DNA of 36,056 nt, taken from IMG/VR virus record IMGVR_UViG_3300037307_000895. One strand, written 5' to 3'. Position 1 is the first letter of the stretch; every line of letters begins with the position of its first letter. A program made the translations under genes and the position numbers. Source of the stretch: an uncultured virus (IMG/VR IMGVR_UViG_3300037307_000895) (Duplodnaviria > Heunggongvirae > Uroviricota > Caudoviricetes). The notes below the pieces were generated by a model. The model did not search any database. It was not told the DNA's origin and worked only from the letters and a program-made list of their open reading frames with translations. Positions 9,074 through 17,676 of this stretch are shown in pieces.

Positions 9074-9919
9074 ATGATAAATTTAAAAGATACTACTTTT
9101 GTTATAACACTTAATTTAGAATCATTCGATCGTATTAGGAATGCATATGTAGTATTAAATTACCTACTCAATAATTTTGATACAAACGTAATAGTTAAAG
9201 AAGTTGATAATATATCTAAATTTGATGAAGTGCTCAGTAAATTACGGATAAGTGTTTCTAATAATAATATTATCAATTTAAAGCACATATTTGAACAGAT
9301 ACCAAGTAATAACATATTCCATAAATCTAGGTATGTTAATGATATGGCAGATATGGTAACTACAGAAGTTATCTGTACATATGATATAGATGTTATATTA
9401 CCAATTGATTCTTATATTAAGGGTCAAGAAATGTGTAAGGGTAATTATGATATGGTTTTTCCATTTGAAATAGGAGATAACCAAATTATGGTTTATTTAG
9501 ATAACGTGGACATCTTAATGAATAAACAGGAACAATTAAAAACATTTGATGGTATATTAAATTTGTCATTTTATAATAGAGAATGGGCCTCAACATATGG
9601 TCATGTTCAATTTTATAAAAATGTATCTTTCAGAAGTGGATTCATGATGAATGAAAATTTCTCATCTTATTCGCCGGAAGACATTGAAATTGGAACTAGA
9701 TTTGATAAACTTGGATATAAAATAGGTAGGATAAATAATAAAATTATACACATAGAACATTCAAGGGGAATGAATAGTAGTGAAAATACTCCCTGTGCTT
9801 ACACAAACAATTATATATGGAATACTCTAAGTGGATTTGATAAAAATCAATTAATAGACTATTATTCTAATCAGGAATATTATAAAAATAGAGTGAATAA
9901 CTATGTTGGAACTAAATAA
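9074..9919 (+). CDS. GT-A fold glycosyltransferase with GT7 C-terminal-like domain
   Basis: YDIDV (DxD), MNENFSSYSPEDIE..RF..LG (variant of WGxED), HIEHSR. Confidence 0.7.
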   Translation: MINLKDTTFVITLNLESFDRIRNAYVVLNYLLNNFDTNVIVKEVDNISKFDEVLSKLRISVSNNNIINLKHIFEQIPSNNIFHKSRYVNDMADMVTTEVICTYDIDVILPIDSYIKGQEMCKGNYDMVFPFEIGDNQIMVYLDNVDILMNKQEQLKTFDGILNLSFYNREWASTYGHVQFYKNVSFRSGFMMNENFSSYSPEDIEIGTRFDKLGYKIGRINNKIIHIEHSRGMNSSENTPCAYTNNYIWNTLSGFDKNQLIDYYSNQEYYKNRVNNYVGTK

Positions 9920-10556
9920 TATAACACTAATTGCGGTTACAGATGTAGATATTGAAGCAACGGTTAAAGCTTTGGAATATAGTTGTAGAGGTATAAAATT
10001 TGGCTCAGTTAAATTTGTATCTTGTTATAAACCCAAATATTTGCCGGACCATATTGAGTATATAGTTGATACTCCAACTTTAAATATAGACAATTGGAAT
10101 TATAAAATGGTATTCGAATTGGGTGGATATATTGATACTGAATTTGCTATGTTAATTCATGATGATGGATTTATTGTTAATCCAGATCAATGGAGATCAG
10201 AATTTTTAGATTATGATTATATAGGTGCCCCATGGCCAGCTGATAATCAATTGTTAAGAGATATAAATGGAGAGCAAATTAGGGTTGGGAATAGTGTTTC
10301 GATTAGAAGCAAAAGATTGATGGATTTGCCCAAGAAGATTGGAATGGAATGGAGATCATTTAATGGTTATACAAATGAAGATGGTTGGATATGTATAAAC
10401 AACAGGCATATCTTTAAAGAACACGGTATGAAATTTGCAGATATAGATATAGCAAAATATTTTTCACACGAATCTATGGTACCAGAAATTGTTGGAATTA
10501 AACCATTTGCGTTTCATAAATGGAACGGAACAAATTCTATTTATCCAAGATTTTGA
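9903..10556 (+). CDS. DUF5672-like putative glycosyltransferase
   Basis: HDDGF, YDYIGAPW, VGN..S.RSK, NED, FSHE, FAFH. Confidence 0.75.
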   Translation: MLELNNITLIAVTDVDIEATVKALEYSCRGIKFGSVKFVSCYKPKYLPDHIEYIVDTPTLNIDNWNYKMVFELGGYIDTEFAMLIHDDGFIVNPDQWRSEFLDYDYIGAPWPADNQLLRDINGEQIRVGNSVSIRSKRLMDLPKKIGMEWRSFNGYTNEDGWICINNRHIFKEHGMKFADIDIAKYFSHESMVPEIVGIKPFAFHKWNGTNSIYPRF

Positions 10557-10583
10557 TAACTTTTTAAGATAAAAAATATATAA
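10557..10583 (+). promoter_or_regulatory. Bipartite motif TAAC-N17-ATATAA
   Basis: One mismatch to the recurrent motif; upstream of ATG 10593. Confidence 0.5.
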
Positions 10584-10592
10584 ATTTAAATT

Positions 10593-11492
10593 ATGATAGC
10601 ATCTAATATAGGCGGAAATTTAGGTAACCATATGTGGCATTATACCATATGTAGGTCAGTTGCTCAAAAAATAGGATACGAATGGGGTGTTGATCCAATT
10701 CCCATTAAAGGTAGTGATTACTTCAATGGTATGAATCAAATGTATTTTATGGATGTAGATTTTGGCAAAGAAATTTCCGGAATTGAACATACTTATAAAG
10801 ATACAAAAAGGATGCACAATTTCATGGGACAAGATTATTGGTTCAATAAATATGATCCAGGTGTCATGGAGATAAAGGATAATACACATATACAAATGAT
10901 AGCTCAGACGGAAGATTATTTTCTTGATATAAGAGAAGATGTTCTTAATTGGTTTAAAATAAAAGATGAATATGATGTCTTATATAAAAATAAATTAAAT
11001 GAATTAGGTATATCGTTAGATGACAATATGTGTATTATAAACTTTAGAGGAGGTGAATATAGAGGTGTTCCTAATTTGATTTTAAATAGAGAATATTGGA
11101 AAAATAGTATTGATCATATGTTGTCTATCAATAAAGATATGAAATTTATAGTTATCACGGATGATCCAGCTTGTGCTCAGTTATATATGCCTTATGGAAT
11201 AAGTTGTTTACACATTGACATTGGCTTTGATTTTTATGTGGTTAACAAAGCTAAATATTTAATATTATCTAATAGTAGTTTTGGATGGTGGGCAGGATGG
11301 TTAAATACTAATTCAAAGCTAACAATTGCTCCTAAATATTGGATATCACATAATGTTAGTAATGGATTTTGGTCATTAGGAGATTCATATACCAGCACAT
11401 TTAGTTATATGGATAGGAATGGTAAATTATCTACTTACGATGAGTGTAAAGAAGAAGCATTAGATTTTTATAAAAAAAATAATTTGGTATAA
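10593..11492 (+). CDS. GT11 alpha-1,2-fucosyltransferase-like protein, divergent donor motif
   Basis: GNLGNHM, NFRGGEY (in place of HxRRGDY), TDD, SNSSFGWWAGWL, APKYW. Confidence 0.8.
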   Translation: MIASNIGGNLGNHMWHYTICRSVAQKIGYEWGVDPIPIKGSDYFNGMNQMYFMDVDFGKEISGIEHTYKDTKRMHNFMGQDYWFNKYDPGVMEIKDNTHIQMIAQTEDYFLDIREDVLNWFKIKDEYDVLYKNKLNELGISLDDNMCIINFRGGEYRGVPNLILNREYWKNSIDHMLSINKDMKFIVITDDPACAQLYMPYGISCLHIDIGFDFYVVNKAKYLILSNSSFGWWAGWLNTNSKLTIAPKYWISHNVSNGFWSLGDSYTSTFSYMDRNGKLSTYDECKEEALDFYKKNNLV

Positions 11493-12406
11493 TGAAAGTT
11501 TATGATTGTTTTCAATTTTTTAATGAATTAGACTTATTAGAAATAAGATTAGAATTATTGTATGATGTTGTTGATCACTTTGTAATAGTTGAAAGCAATA
11601 AAACACACTCCAATGATAATAAAACACTATATTTCATGGATAATAGAGAAAAGTACATTAAGTATCTCGATAAAATTATTCATGTTGTGTCTGATTTTCC
11701 ATCAGATATGTTGAATGTTTCATTATCAAAAAGGAACACCAATACACAATATGATATTGTGTATAATAGTATTTTAGACTTATTTGATAAGACACAAACT
11801 AATCTTAAAAATGAACCTAGTTTTGCTAGAGATTATTTTCAAAGGGATTTTATAAAATTAGGATTATTAAATTGTGAACCAGATGATATGATTTTAATTT
11901 CAGATTTAGATGAAATACCAAATCCATCTATAGTTGAAATGATAAAAAATGAAAAGCTATTTAATCATGTTGTTTTAATGGATTGTCATAACTATTATAT
12001 CAATAATCTATTGCACACCAATTGGTTTGGAACATACGCAGTTAAATATTCAGATATTGAAGGAAACTCTTTTTCTGGACTTAGAGATAAAAGTTCAAAA
12101 GAATTCAGTAGAATAGAAAATGGAGGATGGCACTTAAGTTTTATGGGAGGTGAAGAAAGAATTAAAAAGAAAATTCAAAGCTATGCTCATCAAGAGTTAA
12201 ATAACCAATATGTTTTGAACTCTGTGAAAAATAGAATGGAAAATAATACTGATGTTTTTGGAAGAAGTGATGGTTACTATGGACAAAATGGACTTCAAAA
12301 ATATTATTTCAATCAATTACAATCAAAAGATATTTCTAATGGATATTATCCAGAAAAAATGATGAGACTTATAAATGAAAAATATAGTTATCTAATTAAA
12401 AAATAA
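11492..12406 (+). CDS. GT17 (MGAT3-like beta-1,4-GlcNAc transferase) family protein
   Basis: YDCFQFFNELDLLEIRL, VES..TH, FQR, SDLDEIP, GWHLSF, SYAHQE. Confidence 0.88.
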   Translation: MKVYDCFQFFNELDLLEIRLELLYDVVDHFVIVESNKTHSNDNKTLYFMDNREKYIKYLDKIIHVVSDFPSDMLNVSLSKRNTNTQYDIVYNSILDLFDKTQTNLKNEPSFARDYFQRDFIKLGLLNCEPDDMILISDLDEIPNPSIVEMIKNEKLFNHVVLMDCHNYYINNLLHTNWFGTYAVKYSDIEGNSFSGLRDKSSKEFSRIENGGWHLSFMGGEERIKKKIQSYAHQELNNQYVLNSVKNRMENNTDVFGRSDGYYGQNGLQKYYFNQLQSKDISNGYYPEKMMRLINEKYSYLIKK

Positions 12407-12414
12407 AAAATAAA

Positions 12415-14970
12415 ATGAAAAAAATAGTTATAACAGGTGGAATAGGATACATAGGAACTGAATTATGTAAATTATATTCTGGCGAAGCTAGATATAAAGA
12501 AATAGTTGTTATGGACTCAAGATTTGTATCAGAAAGAGTTAAACAGATAACAGATTGGGGTATGAGATTCATACACGGTAGTATTCTAGATGAAAAATTA
12601 ATGGAGAATCTTTTAAAAGATGCTGATTTAGTATATCATTTAGCAGGGGTTACTGATGTTGCTTACACTAAAACACAATCTAATGAAGAAAAAGATAAAG
12701 AAATAAGAGAATACGGCATTACCGGAACTAAAAATGTTTTAAAATATGTACCTAAACAATGTAGAATAGTATTCCCATCTACCCACGTTGTATATGAAGG
12801 ATTAGAAACAACCAAGTTTGATATTGAGGAAGATTATCCTGTTTGTCCTGTTTTAACTTATTCAACCGGAAAGGTTCAATCTGAAAAAGATTTAAGAGAA
12901 TCTGGAATAGATCATATAATCGTTAGGTTAGGATCTGTTTATGGGTATTCAACAGATACTATGAGAATTAATATTATGCCTAATTTATTTTCTAAAATAG
13001 CTTCTCAAAATGGAACTATTAGTCTGTTTTCAGGAGGACTACAATACAAGAGTTTAGTAAACTTGATTGATGTTGTTAGAGCTATGAAGTTTTTGGCTGA
13101 ATCTGAATATCATAACGAAACATTCCACTTGACAAATGAGAACATGACTATTAAAGAGGTTGCGGAACTATGTAAAAAATATAATCCAAAAGTTAATATA
13201 ATTGAAACTAATGATGAAATTCCAAATCTTGGATATACATTATCTAATAAAAAATTACTTTCAACGGGATTTAAATTTTTATATAATATTGAAACATCGG
13301 TTAAAGAAATGATTGAAAACTGGTCTCAAAAAGACCAACCAGAGGATTTGGAATATATCGTTAGAGGTGGTAAAGAATATATTGATTCAAGAGGTAAAAT
13401 ATCTAACTTCGAATTGACTGAACCTATAAATTTAATTGGATATATCGAATCAAAAGCTGGAACAGTTAGAGCAAATCACTACCACCCAATTCAAGAGCAA
13501 AAATGTTTGCTTATAACAGGTAAATATATTAGCGTGACTAAAGATTTGTCTGATCCTAATGAGCCAATTGAAACAAGAATGATACAAGCGGGTGACTTGG
13601 CAATTATCAGACCAAATGTTGCTCACACAATGGTATTCTTAGAAGATTCTATATTTTTAAATTTAGTAAGAGGTGAAAGGGAACATGATAATTATGGAAT
13701 AACACACACTATACCTTATATTCTTGTTGATGATAACTTTAGAGAAAATCTTATTAAGAACTATAAGTGTGAATGTAGATCTTGTGGTAGTAAGGATCTA
13801 AAAGATGTATTATCTTTAGGAATGTCACCATTAGCTAATAATCTATTAAATAATGGAACAAATAAAGCTGATATGTATCCTTTAGAGATTAAATATTGTG
13901 AGAAGTGTCATAATGTTCAATTGTCTTATGTTGTTGAACCATCTAAGATGTTTGATAATTATTTATATGTTTCTTCAACTGCTGCATCTTTTAGAAAACA
14001 TTTCGAAGAAGCCGCCCAAAAATATTATAAAGAATTTAATTTAGATTCAGAATCACTAGTTGTTGATATCGGCAGTAATGATGGTGTTTTCTTAAAACCG
14101 ATGAAAGATTTGGGAGTTCAAGTAGTTGGTGTAGAACCTGCAAAAAATGTATCTCAAATCGCTAATGATAAAGGAATTGAAACTATAAATTCTTATTTCA
14201 ATATAGATTCAATTAAAAAAATTATGAGTAAATATGGGAAGGCAGATATTGTTACTGCTTCTAATGTTTTTGCACATTCTGATGAGTTGGTTGAAATAAC
14301 ACACAATACTTTTAAATTATTAAAAGAAGATGGGAGTTTTATTGTCGAAGTCCAGTATTTGCTTGACACTATAAGTGATATGACATTTGATAATATTTAT
14401 CATGAGCATGTTAATTATTGGTCAGTTACTTCTATGAATAATTTTTTTAATAAGTTAGGATATCATGTTTACAAAGTAGATCATGTTAATACACATGGGG
14501 GGTCAATTAGAGTTTATGTTAATAGAAATGGTAAAAATGTAGATAATAGTGTTTTAGAATTTCTATCAAAGGAAAAAGATTTTGGAATAACTGAATATAA
14601 GACATATCGTGATTTTGCAAAAAGAGTCAATCAAATTAAATCTAATGTCAATAAAAATATTAGAGATTTGAAAGAAAAACATGGTAAAATTGCTGCTTAT
14701 GGATCACCAGCAAAAGCAACAACAGCTCTTAATTTTTTTGGAATCAATAGTGATATTATCGAATACACAATAGAGGATAATGAATTAAAAAATAATAAAT
14801 TTATTCCGGGTGTTAATATCCCAATTAAAAATAAACAATATGCTTTTGATAATTTACCAAACGTAATAATCGTATTAGCATGGAATTTCTTTGAAGAAAT
14901 TAAGAAAAATAATCAAGAATTAATTGATAGTGGAGTTAAATTCATATCAATAAAAGATATACAAAATTAA
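12415..14970 (+). CDS. Fusion of NAD-dependent epimerase/reductase, cupin isomerase/epimerase and NDP-sugar C-methyltransferase
   Basis: TGGIGYIG and YSTGK (SDR); DSRG...RANHYH...AHTM (cupin); CRSC...PLAN...CEKC..VQL, DIGSNDG, IYHEH, HGGS, YGSPAKA (TcaB9/NovU-type C-methyltransferase). Confidence 0.88.
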   Translation: MKKIVITGGIGYIGTELCKLYSGEARYKEIVVMDSRFVSERVKQITDWGMRFIHGSILDEKLMENLLKDADLVYHLAGVTDVAYTKTQSNEEKDKEIREYGITGTKNVLKYVPKQCRIVFPSTHVVYEGLETTKFDIEEDYPVCPVLTYSTGKVQSEKDLRESGIDHIIVRLGSVYGYSTDTMRINIMPNLFSKIASQNGTISLFSGGLQYKSLVNLIDVVRAMKFLAESEYHNETFHLTNENMTIKEVAELCKKYNPKVNIIETNDEIPNLGYTLSNKKLLSTGFKFLYNIETSVKEMIENWSQKDQPEDLEYIVRGGKEYIDSRGKISNFELTEPINLIGYIESKAGTVRANHYHPIQEQKCLLITGKYISVTKDLSDPNEPIETRMIQAGDLAIIRPNVAHTMVFLEDSIFLNLVRGEREHDNYGITHTIPYILVDDNFRENLIKNYKCECRSCGSKDLKDVLSLGMSPLANNLLNNGTNKADMYPLEIKYCEKCHNVQLSYVVEPSKMFDNYLYVSSTAASFRKHFEEAAQKYYKEFNLDSESLVVDIGSNDGVFLKPMKDLGVQVVGVEPAKNVSQIANDKGIETINSYFNIDSIKKIMSKYGKADIVTASNVFAHSDELVEITHNTFKLLKEDGSFIVEVQYLLDTISDMTFDNIYHEHVNYWSVTSMNNFFNKLGYHVYKVDHVNTHGGSIRVYVNRNGKNVDNSVLEFLSKEKDFGITEYKTYRDFAKRVNQIKSNVNKNIRDLKEKHGKIAAYGSPAKATTALNFFGINSDIIEYTIEDNELKNNKFIPGVNIPIKNKQYAFDNLPNVIIVLAWNFFEEIKKNNQELIDSGVKFISIKDIQN

Positions 14971-14979
14971 AATATATAT

Positions 14980-15555
14980 ATGAAAATATCTGAAATATTA
15001 TTGAAATATAATACCGATAAAAATAAAGGGTCTCTAAGAATGGGACCTGGAACAGGACATTTTTATGGTGAGACTTATGATAGAATTTTCGAAGAGTTTG
15101 ATAAAGACTCTGAGGTTTGTGTTATAGAAATAGGAGTAGAAAAAGGAGGAAGTCTATTGGCGTGGAAAGAATATTTTAAAAACGGATTTATAGTGGGTAT
15201 TGATATATCAGATAATAGAATAGATGAATATAAGAGCGATGAAGTTTATTACATATTAAGTGATATAAAAGATCCATCTTTAAAGGATAATTCACTAATA
15301 AAGAATAATCAATTTGATATTATAATAGATGATGGGAGCCATTATTTCAATGATGTTTTTTATTTAATTTCAAACTATTTGGATAAATTAAAAATTAATG
15401 GTTATTTGATAGTAGAAGACTGTCAACAACCTGAAATGTGGTTATCGAATATTTCACCGATAATTACTAATGATTATATAATAACCACACAAGATCTTCG
15501 TAATATAAATGGTAATTATGATGACTATTTAATAATAATTAAAAAAATAAGATGA
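14980..15555 (+). CDS. Class I SAM-dependent methyltransferase, probable sugar O-methyltransferase
   Basis: TDK...H.Y, EIGVEKGGS, GIDI, DIIIDDGSH, VED. Confidence 0.8.
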   Translation: MKISEILLKYNTDKNKGSLRMGPGTGHFYGETYDRIFEEFDKDSEVCVIEIGVEKGGSLLAWKEYFKNGFIVGIDISDNRIDEYKSDEVYYILSDIKDPSLKDNSLIKNNQFDIIIDDGSHYFNDVFYLISNYLDKLKINGYLIVEDCQQPEMWLSNISPIITNDYIITTQDLRNINGNYDDYLIIIKKIR

Positions 15556-16295
15556 TATCCAAGAGTATAGTATTCATCACTACAACATTACATACCAAAT
15601 GGTTGGGTTATCAATCAAAAATAATTAAGAATTTTTTCCCCGATTCTTTACATATAGTAATAGATGGAAGAACAAATTGGCCAAATTCATGGTTTTGGTG
15701 GATAAATGAAGTTAAAAAAACAAATTGTGACTATTATATTCACATCGATGAAGATTTCTTTATAACAAATCCTGATGAGATATGGAAAGTTATTGAAAAA
15801 ATGGAGAATGATAATGTTAATATTATGGGTTGTCCGGATGGATACCACCAATATAGAGGAGCTAATCCAATCGCAATAAATTCCTTTTTACTGTTCGGTC
15901 GAGTTGATGATTTAAGAAAAGTCGATTTTAATGGGATTATGTTTTCGTATACTAATATTGGGTGGGTTAATAATATGGGGTTATCTTTTAAAGAGTCTTA
16001 TAAAAAAGATTATAATTATCGATTTGATATAAATGGTGGATCCGATTTTAATTTTGAACAAGAACCTTATTATGCATTTATGTGGAAAATGAAAGAAATG
16101 GGTTTAAAATTTGATTACTTATATCCACATTTCGATAATAAATTTAAATCAACTAACCCAAGAATAGAAGAAGATTCTAAAGATATCGGAATACATATGT
16201 GGTATGTTAGAGATTGGTTTAGAAATAATATAGTTCACGGAATGAGTAATATCGAAAGGTATTCTCTACTTGAAAAGGAGATAGAAAATATATGA
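15552..16295 (+). CDS. Putative GT-A fold glycosyltransferase
   Basis: YYIHIDEDFF (DxD), C-terminal HMWY.R, position inside the GT cluster. Confidence 0.55.
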   Translation: MISKSIVFITTTLHTKWLGYQSKIIKNFFPDSLHIVIDGRTNWPNSWFWWINEVKKTNCDYYIHIDEDFFITNPDEIWKVIEKMENDNVNIMGCPDGYHQYRGANPIAINSFLLFGRVDDLRKVDFNGIMFSYTNIGWVNNMGLSFKESYKKDYNYRFDINGGSDFNFEQEPYYAFMWKMKEMGLKFDYLYPHFDNKFKSTNPRIEEDSKDIGIHMWYVRDWFRNNIVHGMSNIERYSLLEKEIENI

Positions 16296-17068
16296 TAATT
16301 ACTAAATTACAAGGAGGTTTAGGAAACCAACTATTTCAATGGGCTACCACTATGTCTTATGCTCAGGATAATAATATTGATTATAAATTTGAAATATCTT
16401 TTTATTTTACACAAAATTTGAGATATCCAAAATTAAATGAATTTCCAAATATAAAATTCAATATAGCCAATGAATATGATATACAAAATAAAACCATGAT
16501 ATTTCTCAAAGATGAATTTACATATAAAGAATTTAAAAAAATAAATCAAAATGAGGTCTTATTTTTAAATGGATATTGGCAAAGTGAAAAATATTTTATT
16601 AACAATAGGGACATCATATTAAATGACTTATCAAATTCACAATTGACATCAAAGTTAATAAACACACCTTTCTTAGATTATGATGTAACATCAATGCATA
16701 TAAGAAGAACTGATTACCTTGACTCAGGCGGATATCATCCGGTACAAACATTAGAATATTATAAAAATGCGGTGGATGAAATCGGTGATTATGATTATTT
16801 ATTTATTTTTTCAGATGATATTAATTGGTGTAAAAATAATTTAAAATTTAAAAATATGATATTCATGAGCGGATTTAGTGATATTGAAGATTTATATTTG
16901 ATGAGTATGTGTAAAAATAATATAATAGCCAATAGCTCATTTAGTTGGTGGGGAGCATGGATGAACCAGAACATTAATAAAAAAATTATTTCACCCTCTA
17001 AATGGTTTGGAGATCATGTTACTATAAATCAATCTGATATAATTCCAGAAAATTGGATTAAATTATAA
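16292..17068 (+). CDS. GT11 alpha-1,2-fucosyltransferase
   Basis: GGLGNQLFQ, GYWQSEKYF, HIRRTDY, FSDDINW, ANSSFSWWGAW, P..W. Confidence 0.93.
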   Translation: MIITKLQGGLGNQLFQWATTMSYAQDNNIDYKFEISFYFTQNLRYPKLNEFPNIKFNIANEYDIQNKTMIFLKDEFTYKEFKKINQNEVLFLNGYWQSEKYFINNRDIILNDLSNSQLTSKLINTPFLDYDVTSMHIRRTDYLDSGGYHPVQTLEYYKNAVDEIGDYDYLFIFSDDINWCKNNLKFKNMIFMSGFSDIEDLYLMSMCKNNIIANSSFSWWGAWMNQNINKKIISPSKWFGDHVTINQSDIIPENWIKL

Positions 17069-17662
17069 TTTTTGTATAATTATTGGCAACTCACCTAACT
17101 CCATAACTTTAGACTTATTCAATAAGAATTCGATTTCAAACCAGTTAAATTTAAAAGTCATTGTAAATTGTTTAGCATTCACTTTTTGTTGTGAATAATC
17201 AAATGTCATCTCACCTATTGACAAAGCTATTAATTCAAAATATTTGATAGTATAAATCGCATCTCTATGAATATCAACCGCTGTTATCATAAATGGATTA
17301 ATATACAAATTAATAACATCTAAATAATGTTTTGCAAAAATATCACAGGCTAGCCAATAATTTAAATCAGAATCTACAGACCTAAAAATAACTTGAAATT
17401 CCCTAGATGATACAATATCATTCACATTTGTTGCTGGTTTATATGCTCTTTTTTTACCATGCCATAAAGTTTGCTCTGGGGTATCTATACTTAATCCAGG
17501 AAAATTAACTGATATTATGGTAGAATTTAGATAGTCAATAACATTTTCATATTGTATCCAATTTTTACTTAATATTGGATAATAGGTATTTATTATTTCT
17601 TGTGGTAAGAAATCTGATGGCAAATTAAATACAAATTGTGATGATTGACTGGATAATCTCAT
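17063..17662 (-). CDS. T4 gp3-like tail completion / tail-tube-fold protein
   Basis: SVNFPGLSI...V.FRSVDSDLNY...F..S...FD...F.MTF.F pattern, 199 aa. Confidence 0.55.
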   Translation of the reverse strand: MRLSSQSSQFVFNLPSDFLPQEIINTYYPILSKNWIQYENVIDYLNSTIISVNFPGLSIDTPEQTLWHGKKRAYKPATNVNDIVSSREFQVIFRSVDSDLNYWLACDIFAKHYLDVINLYINPFMITAVDIHRDAIYTIKYFELIALSIGEMTFDYSQQKVNAKQFTMTFKFNWFEIEFLLNKSKVMELGELPIIIQKL

Positions 17663-17676
17663 TTTAATTTTAATTT

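Noticed and set aside
14971..14979. AATATATAT before the methyltransferase as a late promoter
   Set aside because: It abuts the ATG within a 9-nt operon spacer and is probably just AT-rich sequence.
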